NCBI RefSeq assembly: GCF_001949145.1
Contig: NW_019091359.1
Coordinates: 827,838-891,837, forward strand
Direction of reading: 5' to 3'
Source of the DNA: Acanthaster planci
Lineage: Eukaryota
Length of the DNA: 64,000 bases
The position numbers were made by a program, and so were the translations under genes. Below the pieces are notes generated by a model, which saw only the letters and a list, made by a program, of their open reading frames with translations, made no database searches and was not told the DNA's origin. Shown here one piece after another: positions 61,982 through 64,000 of the stretch (the stretch's first letter is position 1; each line of letters begins with the position of its first letter).

Positions 61982-63879
61982 GTAAGGTTACTTTTCCCGC
62001 AGTCCATAAACAGTGTTTTTGCAGCATTAAGATAAGGGTGGGTCAAATCTCGCTGGCATCGAACCAATGTTGTGAGTTTTAAAAACGAGTGTGTACCGCA
62101 AAAGACGCCATTTTCACTTCGTTATTAATCCTGCCTCTTTGTTTAATGAGGCCAGTACACTGAACTGCCTCAGTTTTCGTTAAAAAGTGCACGACTATTC
62201 TGTGTCCTTCGGTAATATTTAATAACCCGGTAAAATGCAACCCCCCAATCTATACAACAATCTAATCAATCCACTTGATGATTCCCTTTTGACTAAAAAA
62301 TGTTGATATCTGAAACGCTACTACATAAATAAGACACAGGGATCTACTTGACAGGTGCGTTGAGTCAACATTAATTGTGATATTAGCATTCTTTGCCTTG
62401 ATATAGGATGAAGTCACTAGCTCCCGCTCAGTGCGATTACGTCTTAATACACAGGCGACAAGAAACAACAGGATTTGTATCTATAATTGACAGGGTCATA
62501 CGATGAGGTCATTGGCTCCAGTCCATACCATTGTTCCTTACAGTACACAGAGGACAAGAACTAACAGGAGTTGCAAGTGTACCTGGACCGACAGGGCTTC
62601 ACTCTATGTGGATTAACTGAAAAGATCGGCTGTGCTTTCTTGTCAGTCTGACAATCTGTCTTGTCCGAAGCAGTTTTATCCCCCAACATGATGCCCAAAT
62701 TAGACGCTTTAAGCATTGTCAGCATGGTGTTTTTCTCTCTGCATGTGCAACAATCTGACAAGATTATTTCGGTGAAAGTCACGCACAAAGCAACTATGTG
62801 ACTTGAAAATTAAGCCATCAATCAAGACATAACTTCCTAGGCCCTCCCCCCACCCATCGTATCATCGACGATAGAGTACGCACTGGGGATGAAGGGGGTC
62901 CCTTTCCCCCTTCATCCGGCCAAATTTACGAAACGAAGGCAAAAGGATTACATTTCGAAATACGGGCACTTGTATCAAGATATCGGGCACGCACTTAAAG
63001 GTGACACTTGCCAGGAATCCTCGGCACATTGGGTTATCACAGTAGACTCCATGAGGCAAAGGGTAGTGAACTTGGCAAGCGTGCTCTCCCTAATTGGGTT
63101 ATCCGTTTGACTCATTTGTTGACAGTTCGCGGCAACATTCTGACCTTGATCATGATAGTTGCCCCGAAAGGTGCAGTGCATCGATTTTTGTCGAACGTAG
63201 TGTCCAGTTCTTATGGCGTCCAGTTTGAGGATTGGGATGGAGAGAGGAACTTAATATTTTTGACTCGCTGTTTGTAGTGAGGGTAAACGCACGAGTTTAT
63301 TATTCGTGGGGTTCTTCAACAAAATGTAATTCACGGGCCAACTTGAACATTTTTATTCCATCCCTTGGAAGAATCGGGCTGCCTGGACCCATGCGTACAT
63401 CAAGACCGGGTCGAAAGAGGGGCGAGCGCGGGACTACTGCGGGCGCGTTAAGGCCATGCCGGTCACATCTTCCCGGAAGTCCATTCATCGCTTGCCGCAG
63501 CTGAGTTGAGGGGGTGCCCGACCTAGTCAGCGCTGCTGCGTGCATCATTTCCGGGGCTCCGTGTGTGCACCTTGGCGGTTAGGAGGTGTTCTGACGCAAG
63601 TAGCCTTCAAAATGACTCAGTCTTTGACATATCAAAGGAGGAACGACATGAAATAAAATTTCAAGTTTTGTTTGTGTTTAGTTGAGAGAATACGACGTCG
63701 TGCGTGGTACGGTACTTTATGTTTGCTCATGTTCGTTTCCAGCATTAGTTTCCGATTTTCTTCAGTTAAATTTGTTGGGATTTTGTTTGTTCCATCGGAA
63801 TAACTCTGGAACAAGGAGCAACCTGTATATTTTCTGATTCAGTACGGGATTCAGACCGCCATTCAAAATGAGGAATTAC

Positions 63880-63945
63880 GCTTGGCAATTGGTTGACTGT
63901 ACAGAATGAATTTCGAGGTCGTGGGTTCGACTCCCACCAAAGAAC
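63880..63945 (+). mobile_element. tRNA-derived SINE head (Pol III boxes)
   Basis: T-arm GTGGGTTCGACTCCCAC with B box at 63924-63934 and a weak A box TGGCAATTGG; no acceptor or anticodon stem. Confidence 0.6.
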
Positions 63946-64000
63946 ATTTGTGACTTAAGTCTCAAGCTATCAGAAGTTACTCAGAGACATTGTTACTTTT

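Noticed and set aside
63232..63550. GC-rich ORFs as Wnt9 exon 2
   Set aside because: No LTG start or Wnt cysteine pattern in the frames examined; likely intronic.
63870..63945. Possible tRNA gene
   Set aside because: Only the T arm is intact and no cloverleaf can be folded; treated as a SINE head.

Overview
Intron-rich animal genomic DNA. The TACATGTA excess, MITEs and tRNA-SINEs look like a marine invertebrate, possibly an echinoderm; that taxon call is impression only. Most of the ORF track is spurious, so I reconstructed genes by hand from splice sites. (1) First coding exon of a TMTC2 O-mannosyltransferase orthologue on the minus strand at 22.3 kb; its first intron of more than 22 kb fills the left third of the window. 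(2) A complete, 14-coding-exon, divergent phenylalanine-hydroxylase-like gene on the minus strand (28710-41512, about 448-457 aa). It keeps the vertebrate PAH exon architecture and the iron triad but has altered pterin-site and ACT-site residues. (3) A 3-exon, 211-aa secreted protein on the plus strand (47155-49465): signal peptide, an unrecognised Cys-containing domain and a His-rich SRCR domain, plus a pseudogenised copy of the unknown-domain exon at 52.4 kb. (4) The promoter and signal-peptide exon of a probable Wnt9 gene on the plus strand (61878-61981). Also present: several MITEs, a large foldback element, SINE relics, a tandem array duplicating a splice donor, a 130-N assembly gap and a CpG-decay footprint. 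No rRNA, true tRNA or CRISPR array was seen.
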